From contig CAJINV010000001.1 of the NCBI GenBank assembly GCA_905178155.1, forward strand, positions 1,228,606-1,292,605: DNA of 64,000 nucleotides, given 5' to 3'. The notes under the pieces were generated by a model. The model worked only from the letters and a program-made list of their open reading frames with translations, was not told the DNA's origin and ran no database searches. Source of the stretch: Amoebophrya sp. A120 (lineage: Eukaryota; Protista; Dinoflagellata). Below are positions 48,801 to 59,757 of the stretch, one piece after another (position 1 is the stretch's first letter; the number at the start of each line of letters is the position of its first letter). The translations under genes were made by a program, and so were the position numbers.

Positions 48801-51081
48801 ACTTCGGTGAAAGCCGTGCAAGAAGTCCACCCGTGGTGAATGGAGAAGCTGCAGCTGCATGGGAAGCGCTTGCGACCTTTCTCCAGATCCAGAACTGCTT
48901 GCTGTGGATTCGGCACCCCTCAAAAATATGGAAGTGTCACTTTCGGAATTGCTTGATTCTAACTCTTCACACGACGAGATGGACAACAAGAATGCCGCCG
49001 CGAGTGGTTTTTTGCAACAAGTATCGATCTCTGAGTGGTTTACTGATATTATTCCTGAACGACCTGATCGTGATCATTGCTACAGAAGTTGAGCAGGCTG
49101 TCCTCTTTAGCTGCGTCCTCCCGGTGCTACTAGCTCTACTGCGTGAAGGGGGTCGTGGCGGTGGCGGACGGTGTCCCAGAGCAGTGATCTTCGTATTATG
49201 ATCTTCCAACGACGACAAGACAAGTGAAAATCATTCTGGTGACAGGAGGACTCTGCAAGCCAGGTTCGTCTCCCTGGAACAAATGAACTACACAGAACGA
49301 CCCCAAACCCTCGAAGATTATCCAGCCGTCCCAGTACAGACTTCTTCTGTAGAACAAGTTCTTGCAGATCATTCTGACGTAGGAGTTAAAGCCGGTCAAG
49401 AAGTGCAGACGCAGTTTGTCAATCAGTCGCGTGCTGTGTCGGAGAAGAAGAAGAAGAGGACTTACTACATTTTTCCTGAAGATTTTTCACAAGAACAATT
49501 CTTTTATGTGACGAGGATCCGGTCGATGTGGGGAATAAGACAGCTAGGCAACTACGAGCTGCGGAGCGTTGCTTTTTGTCTTTCCTCTCTACGCGACTAC
49601 AGATGCTCTGATTTTTTCGATTTTATTCTACTGTTAGGTGTAGTTGTCTTCTTCATCAGGAAGAACTACAAGTCAAGTTCTTTTTCTGGCTCAGCCGAAG
49701 GATTGATGGCACTAGCTACTGGCACTCTTGGAATGGTGGACGAGATGGATCTTCTTCTACAACTTCTTGAAAGGTTGCTGGATTTTTCCTGCAGCAGCAG
49801 AAGCCTGTCACCAAGCTCGAATGAAGATCATGCCTCCAAAGCGGAGTGGAGGTCAGGCACTGACATTGTGGTTGTGCCATGGCTCTAGTATACTTCAGAT
49901 AAGTAAGTGCTTCTCCTGTTCCGGTTCATACTCAGTGCTTACGCGCCTGCTTCGTTTGTCAAGCATTCGGCTCAACATCACGTACTGAGACTGGCGTATG
50001 TGATTCATGTAGGGCAAGAACCAAAACCAATGCAGGAGTGATTGGATCGAACTACCCTTCTTGATTTTACTCGAAGATCTATAACGCTCAAGATTCACGG
50101 CGATCTTACTTCTCGTTCTTCTCCGATCTGAAAGAGTGCGCGTTAAGTAGTGTGAGCTTGTTCCTTGTTCTTCAACTAGCATGTACCTGCGTAGCGGTCG
50201 AAAGTAAAAAAAGAAGCAGTGCTGCAGCGCTCTGACAATTCGTTTTTTGTATGAATCAGTACTCACATTTTTTTTTTCGCAAGAAATATTAGTCCCTCTC
50301 GGCATCCCCGGGTCCGTTTTTCTTCTCTACGTACTTGTTCACTTTCGCATCTAGTTTTATCGTCCCTCGTTTGATGCTGTGAACCCTGTGCTGTCTGTCT
50401 TCTATCCGTCATCTAAGCTACACCGAATTTTGATCGACATACAACAAATTTCTCGGCAACATGTACCCTGCCTCGCCACTGTGGATCCGCAACTTGGCGG
50501 GTAAAACCGTTGCGATGACGCTGGATACCTCCAAGTACAAAGTCATCAAAGACCTGTCCTGTTGGGATGTGGTGAGGACGAGTTTCTACGAAGACAAACT
50601 TCTCCCTCCCGTCCACCGCATCAAGTGGTACAAGCATTACGAGGGAGATGGAACTGCAGCAGCCGACGAGGGGGAAGTAACGTCGGACAACGGCGATTAT
50701 ATGCAGGAAGATGATGAAAACACGCCGGGTATATGGAAGGAATTGAAGGTGGAAGTTGAAGGAAAAAGAAGTCGGGTTAGTTGTTTATCGAAGGTCGGGT
50801 AGTTGTGTATTGAAGGTTCCTCCTCATCGGTATTGAAGTTTCTCCCTTTAAAAGAAGTTGTTTCTCGGCTTGAAGTATGCGATGTTTCGGTTTGAACTAT
50901 TAACATTTCGGATCGAAATACTTATAAAGAAAAACGGAAATGCAAAAATCGCAGCTCGAAAAATTACAACTTTCAAATGCAAAAGTCACAAGTTCGGATC
51001 AAAAGTCATTTTTTGCGAAGAGCTGTTTTCTTGATTTCAAAGGGTCGTTTATGGTCTACTTTTCTAAGTTGTCCATTCATA

Positions 51082-51764
51082 AAGTGGTGATGTTTTTTGG
51101 TTTTAAGGCGGCCGAATATGGAAACTTCGAAGATCAACAGAGAAGCTTCATAATTGGCAGACGGACGTGAACGTGTTTGTGTTGATTTTCCCTGGTCGTA
51201 ACGACGTTTCAGACTTGCGGAAGTCCAAGTCGGTGCTCTCAGAAATAGAGCTTGTCGGTAGTTGTACCAGTGGGGGAAGAGGAAATGTCTTGAGTTTCCG
51301 ACTTCTGGTATCGGAATTCAGTCGGTCTCGGTACGACAGTGAAGCCCACGTGAATCAACCACAGAATAAGACACCGAGTCACTTCGTCCTGCTGATCCGC
51401 TTCATCCGCAGGAGGAGAATGTGGAAGATGATCGAAACAAACTTTAGTACAGACAAGAAAATGTTCTTGTTCATCAAACCGGTACTATCTTCGTTGTAAG
51501 GTGACGGGGAGCAGGCATTTTCACCGCTGATCATCGCAGGGAGCGCAACAAGTAAATATCTACCACCTCGGACAGTTCATTCAAGAGCATATATCTCCTT
51601 TATTTGTCCCGGCGGTGCGCCTTGCAAGAAGTACTCTGAACGAGAGACGTAGTTGGGAAAAATATAATATTTTGAAACTAGCTACTACGTCGAAACAAAA
51701 ATGGAGAAACAAGTTGAGAACACCGACTTCTATGCGAACTACCACGGGCACACCGTGAACGATC
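51082..51764 (+). repeat. Local segmental duplication of 54371-55176 (upstream region and first codons of the SGNH gene)
   Basis: Near-identical sequence with indels, e.g. ttttaaggcggccgaatatggaaac...gtatcggaattcagtcggtctcggtacgacagtgaagccc...atggagaaacaagttgagaac. Confidence 0.9.
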
Positions 51765-51856
51765 ATATTATATGGAGACAACGGCGATTATATGGAGGAC
51801 AACGGCGATTATATGGAGGAAGATGAAAACACGCCGCAGCACACGATCAGGAGTGG

Positions 51857-52431
51857 TTAGCATCCGGCCACCTCGTACTTCGAAAAAACTTCAAAAAGAC
51901 TTCAAAGATGAGTTCAGTGCGAGTTCAATACGAACGCCGACAAAATCCTATATTTACCATAAAGTCATTTGACCTGTTGCAAAATCGAAGAGAGCCAGCG
52001 TCTCTGTCGAAAGTCAGCTGACTTTGCGTGGAGTTTGCAATAACTCAAATGACTTTTTGCGGAATTTGCACCAAAAAAAGTCAATTGACTTTGTGCTAAT
52101 TTCATGAAAAGTCAAATGCCTTTTCCTGAATTCGGCTCATTTCAAAGACAGGCAGCAAAAGTTTGAAGAATGTGCCCAATTTTTTTGCAGAAGTCAGTTG
52201 ACTTTTCTGGAAATTAGCATAAAGTCAATTGACTTTTTTTGATGCAAATTCCGCACAAAGTCATTTGACCTTACCTGGAAGTTGTCAGAAGTCAAGTGAC
52301 CTGCGCCCTTTTTGAAGTCAACGGATTTGGGCAAATTATTGAACTCGGATTGAACTCGTAATGAACTCGCTTTTGAGCTCGTGCTCCGGTCTTTTTGAAA
52401 ACTCTAAAAGTACGAGGTGGTCCCGTGCTAA
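51857..52431. mobile_element. TIR element with TTA...TAA termini (family L)
   Basis: ttagcatccggccacctcgtactt / aagtacgaggtggtcccgtgctaa; many internal AAGTCANNTGAC palindromes; TSD unclear (gagtgg/gagtcc). Confidence 0.8.
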
Positions 52432-53074
52432 GAGTCCCGGACAACGGCTAAGAGTCTAAAAGTACGAGGTGGTCCCGTGCGAAGTACGAGGTGGTCCCGG
52501 ACAACGGCGATTATATGGGGGAAGATGATGAAAACACGCCGCAGCACACGATCAGGAGTGGTCCTTCGCAAAGTCATGGACGAAATAAAGGCGCCCGGAC
52601 CCGGAGGACCTCCAACGAGGTGTCAATGTCGCCGTCGGACCAGGAAACCGTAGCACCGGAAGAAGAGGATAGCCACTACGTCGAGGAGGAAGTAGACTAC
52701 AGCAGTCCGCGCCAAACACAGCAGGACCATTTATCCCCCCGAGCTGCTGAAAGACGACACGGAAATTGACTTCCAAGACACGACGGGCAACATGGTTTAC
52801 CAGTTTCTCGTAGTGACCCAAGAATCGCTGGACGAAGAGGTAGCGGATGCGCTGCGAAGAAAAGCCGTGGAGAGGTTGGAGAAGCAAAAGGACAACAACT
52901 TCATGACATGGAAAAACGTCTACGACATAGACCATTTGTCAGGTTCTCCACTCAACGCACCATCGCATTATGTTTACGTTCCACCGGGAGTTTCTGGAAA
53001 CAATGGCAATCCAGTGGTGACGCCCGAGAACCTCCACACTCTGCCAATCAGCCAGTTATCTTTTCTGCCCGCGG

Positions 53075-53273
53075 TATGGGAACAATAAAGAAGCATCATG
53101 ACAATCATTTTTCTTTGCAAGTTTGGCATTTGTGAGGCATCCAAGAAATTTCTTGTTTGGCAGAACCACACCTAAAGTTTGAGTTTAAAGCTTTTCCAGA
53201 ATTTGAATTTATCGTATTGCAAAAGCAAAAATGCGCAAGAAACGTGATTGCGATGGTGTTTTTTTCTTGGATA
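53075..53273. mobile_element. Diverged TIR introner (family G)
   Basis: TAT...ATA ends, weak TIR, flanks cgcgg/tgcaa; removing 204 nt keeps frame. Confidence 0.7.
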
Positions 53274-53587
53274 TGCAATCAGAGTGCGCAACTTCGAGGA
53301 GGACTTACTGGTCCGTCCCGGCGAGCCCGATTTGAAGTGGATCCAGCGAACGGGGGACCTGCTCCTCAAACTGTCGCTGGACGAGGCGCGGAGCTTCGTG
53401 TACGACGGTTGGTGCGTCCGCATGTACGAAATGAACAAAGACCTGTTCAAGCTTGACCAAATGAAGCGGTTCCTGGAGTTTCGCCCCGGGGACGAGCGGA
53501 CCATCCTGCGCCTCTGCGAGGGTCTGCCCCTCTGCCCGCTTGGGTTTCCCTCGGAGGAGCTGCAGCGGATGATGCTCTCCGGGTTCC

Positions 53588-53740
53588 TATGCATTTTTGC
53601 AAAGTAACGTCCTAGTATAAATTGCATGTACAAATTTCGGCAAGAAGAAAAGTGGAATTTGTAATGCTGTTTCACCGTAGGAGGAAGATTTGTCATGCAT
53701 ATTTGCAATTAGTACGAGTGCGATACTTTTGCACAGCATA
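53588..53740. mobile_element. TIR introner, family E
   Basis: Right end gtacgagtgcgatacttttgcacagcata resembles 47477-47630; flanks gttcc/gctcc; frame restored. Confidence 0.82.
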
Positions 53741-55113
53741 GCTCCACCGGAATCACAATTTGAATCTGCTGATCGCCCTGTTGGAGCTGCCGGCGAGTGA
53801 GTGGTCCAAACACGAGCAGGAGTTGAAGTGTCGGTGGTTCTGCCCATTCTACCGGGAAGATTTCGCGGAATGGGTGGTGGCCGGGTGTCTCGCCAGCATC
53901 ATCAGCTACGACCAGGCCACGCGTCACCCGGCGCCGGACATTCTGCGACTCTGGCAGGTCGCGCGGAAGGCCGCAGGGTATCCGGAGTATTCATGTACTA
54001 CTTTCGCGTAGAGGTGGGGCGGTTTTTGGATAGTAGTAGAATAAGGGAAAGATAATGATGATACGAAAAATGCAGTACTAAATTCTCTGACCACGCGGCG
54101 CGTCATCATGCTCTTCAAAAGCAAAAATACAGCAACCTCTATGTACGAAAAACCCAGCACGCGTGATCTGATCATGGTGACAACTTTCTTAAACGACTAC
54201 ACTTTCGAAAGATAAGAGCCACACTACTGAGCGTGTCATCAGCAGATAGAGATTTGAAAGAATACGCTTGGAAAAAAATCAAAGAATATTTCAAAAGAAG
54301 CAGGCTGAAAGAAACTAACTTGGATGCCGCGGCGTCGATGTAATGAAACCGTTTGTATTTTATTAACTTTAAGTGGTGATGTTTTATTTTGGTTTTAAGG
54401 CGGCCGAATATGGAAACGTCCAAGATCAACAGAGAAGCTTCATAATTGGGCGACGGACGTGAACGTGTTTGTGTTGATTTTCCCTGGTCGTTTCAGACTT
54501 GCGGAAGTCCAAGTCGGTTCTCTCAGAAATAGAGCTTGTCGGTAGTTGTATGTACTAGTGGGGGAAGAGGAAATGTCTTGAGTTTCCGACTTCTGGTATC
54601 GGAATTCAGTCGGTCTCGGTACGACAGTGAAGCCCCCGTGAATCAACCACAGATTAGGACACCGAGTCACTCTGTACTCCTGATCCGCCTCACCCGCAGG
54701 TGGAAAACGTGGAAGATCGAAACAAACTTTAGTACAGACAAGAAAATGTTCACCAAACCAGTAGTATTATCTTCGTCGTAAGTAGACGGGGAGGTGGAGC
54801 AGGCATTTTTACCGCTGATCATCGGAAGGAAGGCAACACATATCTACCACCTCGGACAGTTTGTTCAAGAGCATTTATCATCTTCTGCTTTGTTTGTCAC
54901 GGCGGCCCGCCCTGCCAGAAGTATTTTGAACAAGAGAAGCACTAGTTGAGAAAGATTATTTTGGAACAACTTCTGATGAACTTCTGACTCTCCTGAACTT
55001 GGCCGATGTTCAAGCACTTCGTTACGTTTGGAAAACTTCGCTCGGCTTTGCACTTCGTCGCTTTAGTAAGATCAATCTGTCTCCCCCGGAACTTCTACGT
55101 CGAAAGAACCAAA

Positions 55114-56856
55114 ATGGAGAAACAAGTTGAGAACACCGACTTCTATGCGAACTACCACGGGCACACCGTGAACGACCTGAAACAGCTCGTGCGAATATTG
55201 CGAGGAAAAATCCCCCCTCCCCATATCGAAGAGGACATTTGTGATGCTGGATTTGCATACACAAATCGACTTGCATTGCTAGAAGGCCAAAAGACGCAGC
55301 TGTGGCCTGAATTGTAGGCAATTTGTCATGCTGCTTCCCTCTTCCAGTTGCCTCCTGTCATGCTGAAGATGCAAGGCTTTCCAACGCCAGCCAGCACTAC
55401 AGTCCGCATCCTTTGCCCTCTAGCATGACAACGTGATTTGTGGTCGCAAATCAGCAACACAAATTTTCGTTTTGATATGGGGAGGGGGCATTTTTCCTTT
55501 TGATAGCGAAATCTGCGCAGCGCGGGGAGGCGCCGGTTCATCTTATCAAATGCAAAAGCGTCTGGGTCTGGAAGAATGCAAGACTTGTCATGCATATTTC
55601 TCATGACCCATGATGCCTGTAATGCTTGAACTAGCATGGCAGACTTTTAGAGGGCTTCCTGATGCACCTTCCGCATGAGAAATGGCCTGTCTGTGTAGCA
55701 AAAGCTGTGCCCATCTTGCTGGCTATGCAATACAAATTTTTTTACAGTCGAGAAACAGCATGACAAGTTGCAATCTTCCAGACCCAGACATATTTTCAAT
55801 GCATACATCTACCTGATGGGCGATAGCACGCTGGACAACAAACACTGGCTGTATCCGCCTTCCCGCTTGGGCAAAAGTCGGCGGGCGTTGGAAGATCCGA
55901 GGTGTGGGGCCGCGGCCTGTAACGGATACGAACAGGCGCTGTCAGCGCCGAAGCGGAGCGTGATGGACGTCGCCTATTGGGTGAATCGAGCCGTTCTGGC
56001 GGATGTTAAAAATTCATCTGGTGCAGTCAACAAGACGAGCGGAGGACCCGGTGTCAACAAGACGAGCGGAGGGGGAGAGGAACAAAGCGCCGCGGAGGTC
56101 CAGAGTGAAGATCCGTCTGCTAGAGAGAGCACAACGACCTCCTCCCCGCCGTACGTGTGTGTGAATGCAGCGATCGAAGAGTCGACACTGGGCGGCCGGT
56201 CGGGGAACACGCTTCTGCCGCAGGACCGTTTTGTCTCGCACGCACTCACGGAGGAGGACGTAATTGTGGTTTCGGCCGGCGGGAACGACATTGCCCTCGC
56301 GCCCGGGTTCCTCACGGTTGTGAACATTTTGTCCGCACTGCTGTACTCGACCACTGTCGGGCAAAAGGAAAACGGGTACGCGCCCGGCCTGGCGCATTTC
56401 GTGAACCTGTTCGGAAAGCAGACGGAGGGTTTTTTGTTGAATGTGTTGCAGGGGAAACGACCGAAGGTGGTGGTGGTGTGCATGTTGTACTTTCTGAACA
56501 CGGATAGTAACCAGGCGAGCTGGGCCAACGGAACCTTGGGGATCCTCAAGTACAACTCGCAGCCGGAAATCCTGCAGGGCTTCATCCGCTACGTCTTCCA
56601 TCACGGCACGAAAAACGTCAAGATCCCGGGCGTCACGGTCGTGCCGCTGCCTCTGTTCGACACGCTGGACGGATCCGATACGCGCGACTACGTGGCCCGC
56701 GTGGAGCCCAGCGTCGTGGGGGGGAAGAAACTAGGCTTCGCGATTTGGAACGCCGTGAAAACGGGGCTTAATCTGCAGGAGCCCGCGCGGACCTCCACAA
56801 TGGAGGAGTTTTTGTCTGCGGGGGAAGATGTAGATGAGGGGGTACCAGAGGGTTGA
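55114..56856 (+). CDS. SGNH/GDSL-type hydrolase
   Basis: After removing 2 introners: ...LVRNLRSAGRRRFIYLMGDSTLDNKHW...VSAGGNDIAL...DYVARVEPSVVGG. Confidence 0.88.
55196..55505. mobile_element. TIR introner, family A (opposite orientation to 1849-2169)
   Basis: TSD gcgaa/gcgaa; the empty site is visible at 48762-48766. Confidence 0.95.
55544..55805. mobile_element. TIR introner, family B
   Basis: TSD catct/catct; lies immediately before the GDS nucleophile block. Confidence 0.93.
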
Positions 56857-57508
56857 CACTATCTAAGTACCGATCCTGCAAGAAGAACTTGTGTTTCATA
56901 TCACCAACTAAGATCTTCACGAGCTGGTTCCACCTGCCCCAAGATTTTCGAATTTTCTGCGTGATGATCCGCATAGACCTAGGTAGGCTGCCACAACGAA
57001 AATACACGACCGTGAATTCCATTGGTTTTGAAACTGACAGGAGCGTGTTCGGCATTTTTTCGTGTTTGATCACCAAATTGTGCCCGTCTAGTGCTCGCTT
57101 GATCTGGATCTTCACCGCCTATACCTAGAAATAAGTCTACTTCTGCTCCCGTGTTTCGAAATAATTTCTGCACTCGACACGGAATTCAATGCGCGACTTT
57201 TGTGTGATCAAATTTGGAGCCCTATCCACCCATGAAAGTGATTTGTTCCGCTTGATGAGTGTTTTCACAGCGACAGAACATCAATGTACTATAAATATCA
57301 AGACCACCTAAAACAGCTAGCCAGATTTTCTGTTCCCTGTCCGGTATTCAGTATGATTTTGGTTTGTCGGACGTAGAAGTGAGGTCGTCCTACGTTCCCT
57401 GGTCCTACGTAAAACTCTTTGCCGTTGTTGCTCAAAGTTTGATTCCTTTGATTATTTCGGATTTTTCTACTTCATTTTCGGAGCATCAGGGACATCAAAC
57501 GAAACAGC

Positions 57509-58975
57509 ATGGGCGGCAAACACAACAAGGGCAAGGGCAAGGGTAACAAGAAGGGCGGCGGCAAGCCGGCGACACCTGCGCCGGTCGCCCCGGAGCTGGT
57601 GGTGCTGCACAATTTGGCAAAGGAGGGCAAGCTGCAGGAAATGGTAGATCACGGCATGACTCACATAAATCTGCTCTACAACGACCACATTGCCCGTGTT
57701 CCCCTCCATCTCGCCGCGTACTACGGACATGTAGAAATTGTCGACAAAATACTCGAAATTTGCCCGGAGGCCGCGGATCGCCAAGCGCAGGATGCCTTTT
57801 TGCCGGCCCACTTCGCGGCGCAGCAGGGGCACCTGGAATGTCTACGGAGCCTGGTAAAAGTTGCGGGGACAATACGCACTGAAAAAATGTGATCTTCGTC
57901 ACAAGCCATCGTGAGCAATTTTTGCATGACTGTATAATAAGTTCTCATTGCAAAACTCCTGCTGCTAACGTAGTTGTAAACTGTGACGGTGATCATGATT
58001 TTTTTTCCTTCCACTTTCGACACAAGACGGGGAGATGAGAGTAGGCGGCGTGAAGAAGCTAATGCAGCGACTTGTCAAACTAGACCGCAATATGCTGCAC
58101 TTGGCCTGCGCTAAGCAGCACGTGGAGACGGCGCTTTATTTGGTATCTGCACAACACATTGAAGCATTGCATACTTTTAGAGATGCGTACTACTTCCTTT
58201 TTTCGGGGATTGGACTTATGAAATCGGCAGGACAGTTGCTTGCGATCATGGAACTCACCCTTGGCAATCCACTATCGTGTCTGCTGAAATTCCTCTCACA
58301 ACACACAAATCACCACAGATTGACAAGGGTTGCGACCTGTTTGCCAAGAACGCGCATGGCAAGAGTCCCTTCGAACTGCTGGACGACGAGCACCGAAGTT
58401 CCCTCCAGGCCAAGTTGCGCGAAATCGAAGAAAGCAAGAAGGCCAAACAGGAGGGAAATCCTGATGCCCATCCCGATGCACATAATCCGCAACACACCAA
58501 ACCAAAACCCAACGCCACCGCGACCCGTGCGGCTGCCGCATTGGCAGGAGCGACAGTGGCCGCAGCTGAAATCAGTCAGAAGGAAAAGGCAGCAGCGGCT
58601 TCAAGTTCATCGCGGCCCGAAGACGATACAGAGGGACCACAAGAAGCAGCAGCCACGACCTCAGCTTCCCCGAGGCTAGAGCCCCAAACCCTGAAGCGGC
58701 CGAAGGAGAAGCTTGCCACGACAGCGGAGGACATGGAAGCAAAGCTGGCGCGCATGCTCGGCGGCGGCGGGGGGGCGCCGAAGCCTGCAAAGGCTCCGAA
58801 GATCGCCAAAACCGCCGACGACATGGAGGCCAAGCTGGCCGCGCTCATGGCGGGCGGGGAGGCTGGTAAGAGTGGTGGAAGCACCACAAGCCAGGTACAA
58901 CCCGCTGCTCCGGCCGCGCCGCCGAAGAAAGCTGGGTTTTCACTGGACGACGTGCTGAAAAACAGTTACGATTGA
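57509..58975 (+). CDS. Ankyrin-repeat protein
   Basis: PLHLAAYYGHVEIV, PAHFAAQQGHLECL, LHLACAKQHVE and GKSPFEL; two introns (about 57870-58020, and 58143-58318). Confidence 0.85.
57872..58017. mobile_element. Degenerate inverted-repeat intron, ends uncertain
   Basis: gaaaaaatgtgatcttcgtcaca / tgtgacggtgatcatgattttttttc; flanks ggaca/cgaca give the right frame, but the termini are not TAT/ATA. Confidence 0.45.
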
Positions 58976-59757
58976 AGATAACGACGCACAAAAGCGACAG
59001 CGGATAAAAAGAAAGGGGCTTTATTTCTTTACATTTTTTGCCAGAACGAAAAAGCTAAAGCACCGCTCAGCTGCGAGGTGGCTTACATTTGCGCTCCGCA
59101 TCTATTTGTCAACCACAAGAGAAAAAACAAAAAGATTCGGCGTGGGAAGCTGCCAAAAAATCCTCGCTTCGAAAGTTAGTACACGCTGGGAGCAGATGAA
59201 CAGAGGTTGCCATTGTTTGCTCAAATTGTTCGCACGTGTCTTCTCTTTCGGTGTCTGGAACCTCTGCAAAGATTCATATTATTCATGTGCTCGTGGTGTC
59301 ATTTTTTCTCTCTCGATTTGATTGTTGCTTCGCACGTGTGCCGTGTCCGTGTGTGATATCTCGCAATGAAGGCATTGCAAATGAAGACTCAAAGACACCT
59401 GGAGAGATAGTTGGCGAGCTGCATGATCGCAGTGCGCTTTTTTTCGCTCGTCGCCTAAAGATTGAAAGAAAGTTCCGCTGAACTACTTACCGTGTTGCCT
59501 TCCATGGCAACTTGATCTCGTTTCCTGGCCGATGTAGAGACTAGAAGGGTTCTACCCGTTTGATAATACATTCTTTATTTTTTTCATCTTCGAAACTCGG
59601 AGTAATAAAACGTGCAAAACGATAAAGAATAGTGCACTTGTCCCTTTTTTCATCAACGAGACACCGCGGTAATTCCCCGCAGCGCACTTCTCTTCTAAGT
59701 CAACCTGGTGAGCGCGCTCGCCCCCGCCCCTCGCCAGAAAGGTTCTCATACTACAAG

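Larger units (their letters stand above)
50461..54011 (+). pseudogene. Gene with ubiquitin-like N-terminus, interrupted by about 1.8 kb of duplicated DNA, a 1-nt frameshift and two introners
   Basis: LWIRNLAGKTVAMTLD...DNGDYMQEDDENTP (50461-50727) resumes as DNGDYMGEDDENTPQ at about 52500; extra C in the run at 52735-52740; frame then continues across the elements at 53075 and 53588. Confidence 0.5.

Noticed and set aside
49283-49888. 201-aa ORF in the rearranged region
   Set aside because: Lacks the GC3 bias of the real genes and has no motif; possibly decayed coding sequence.
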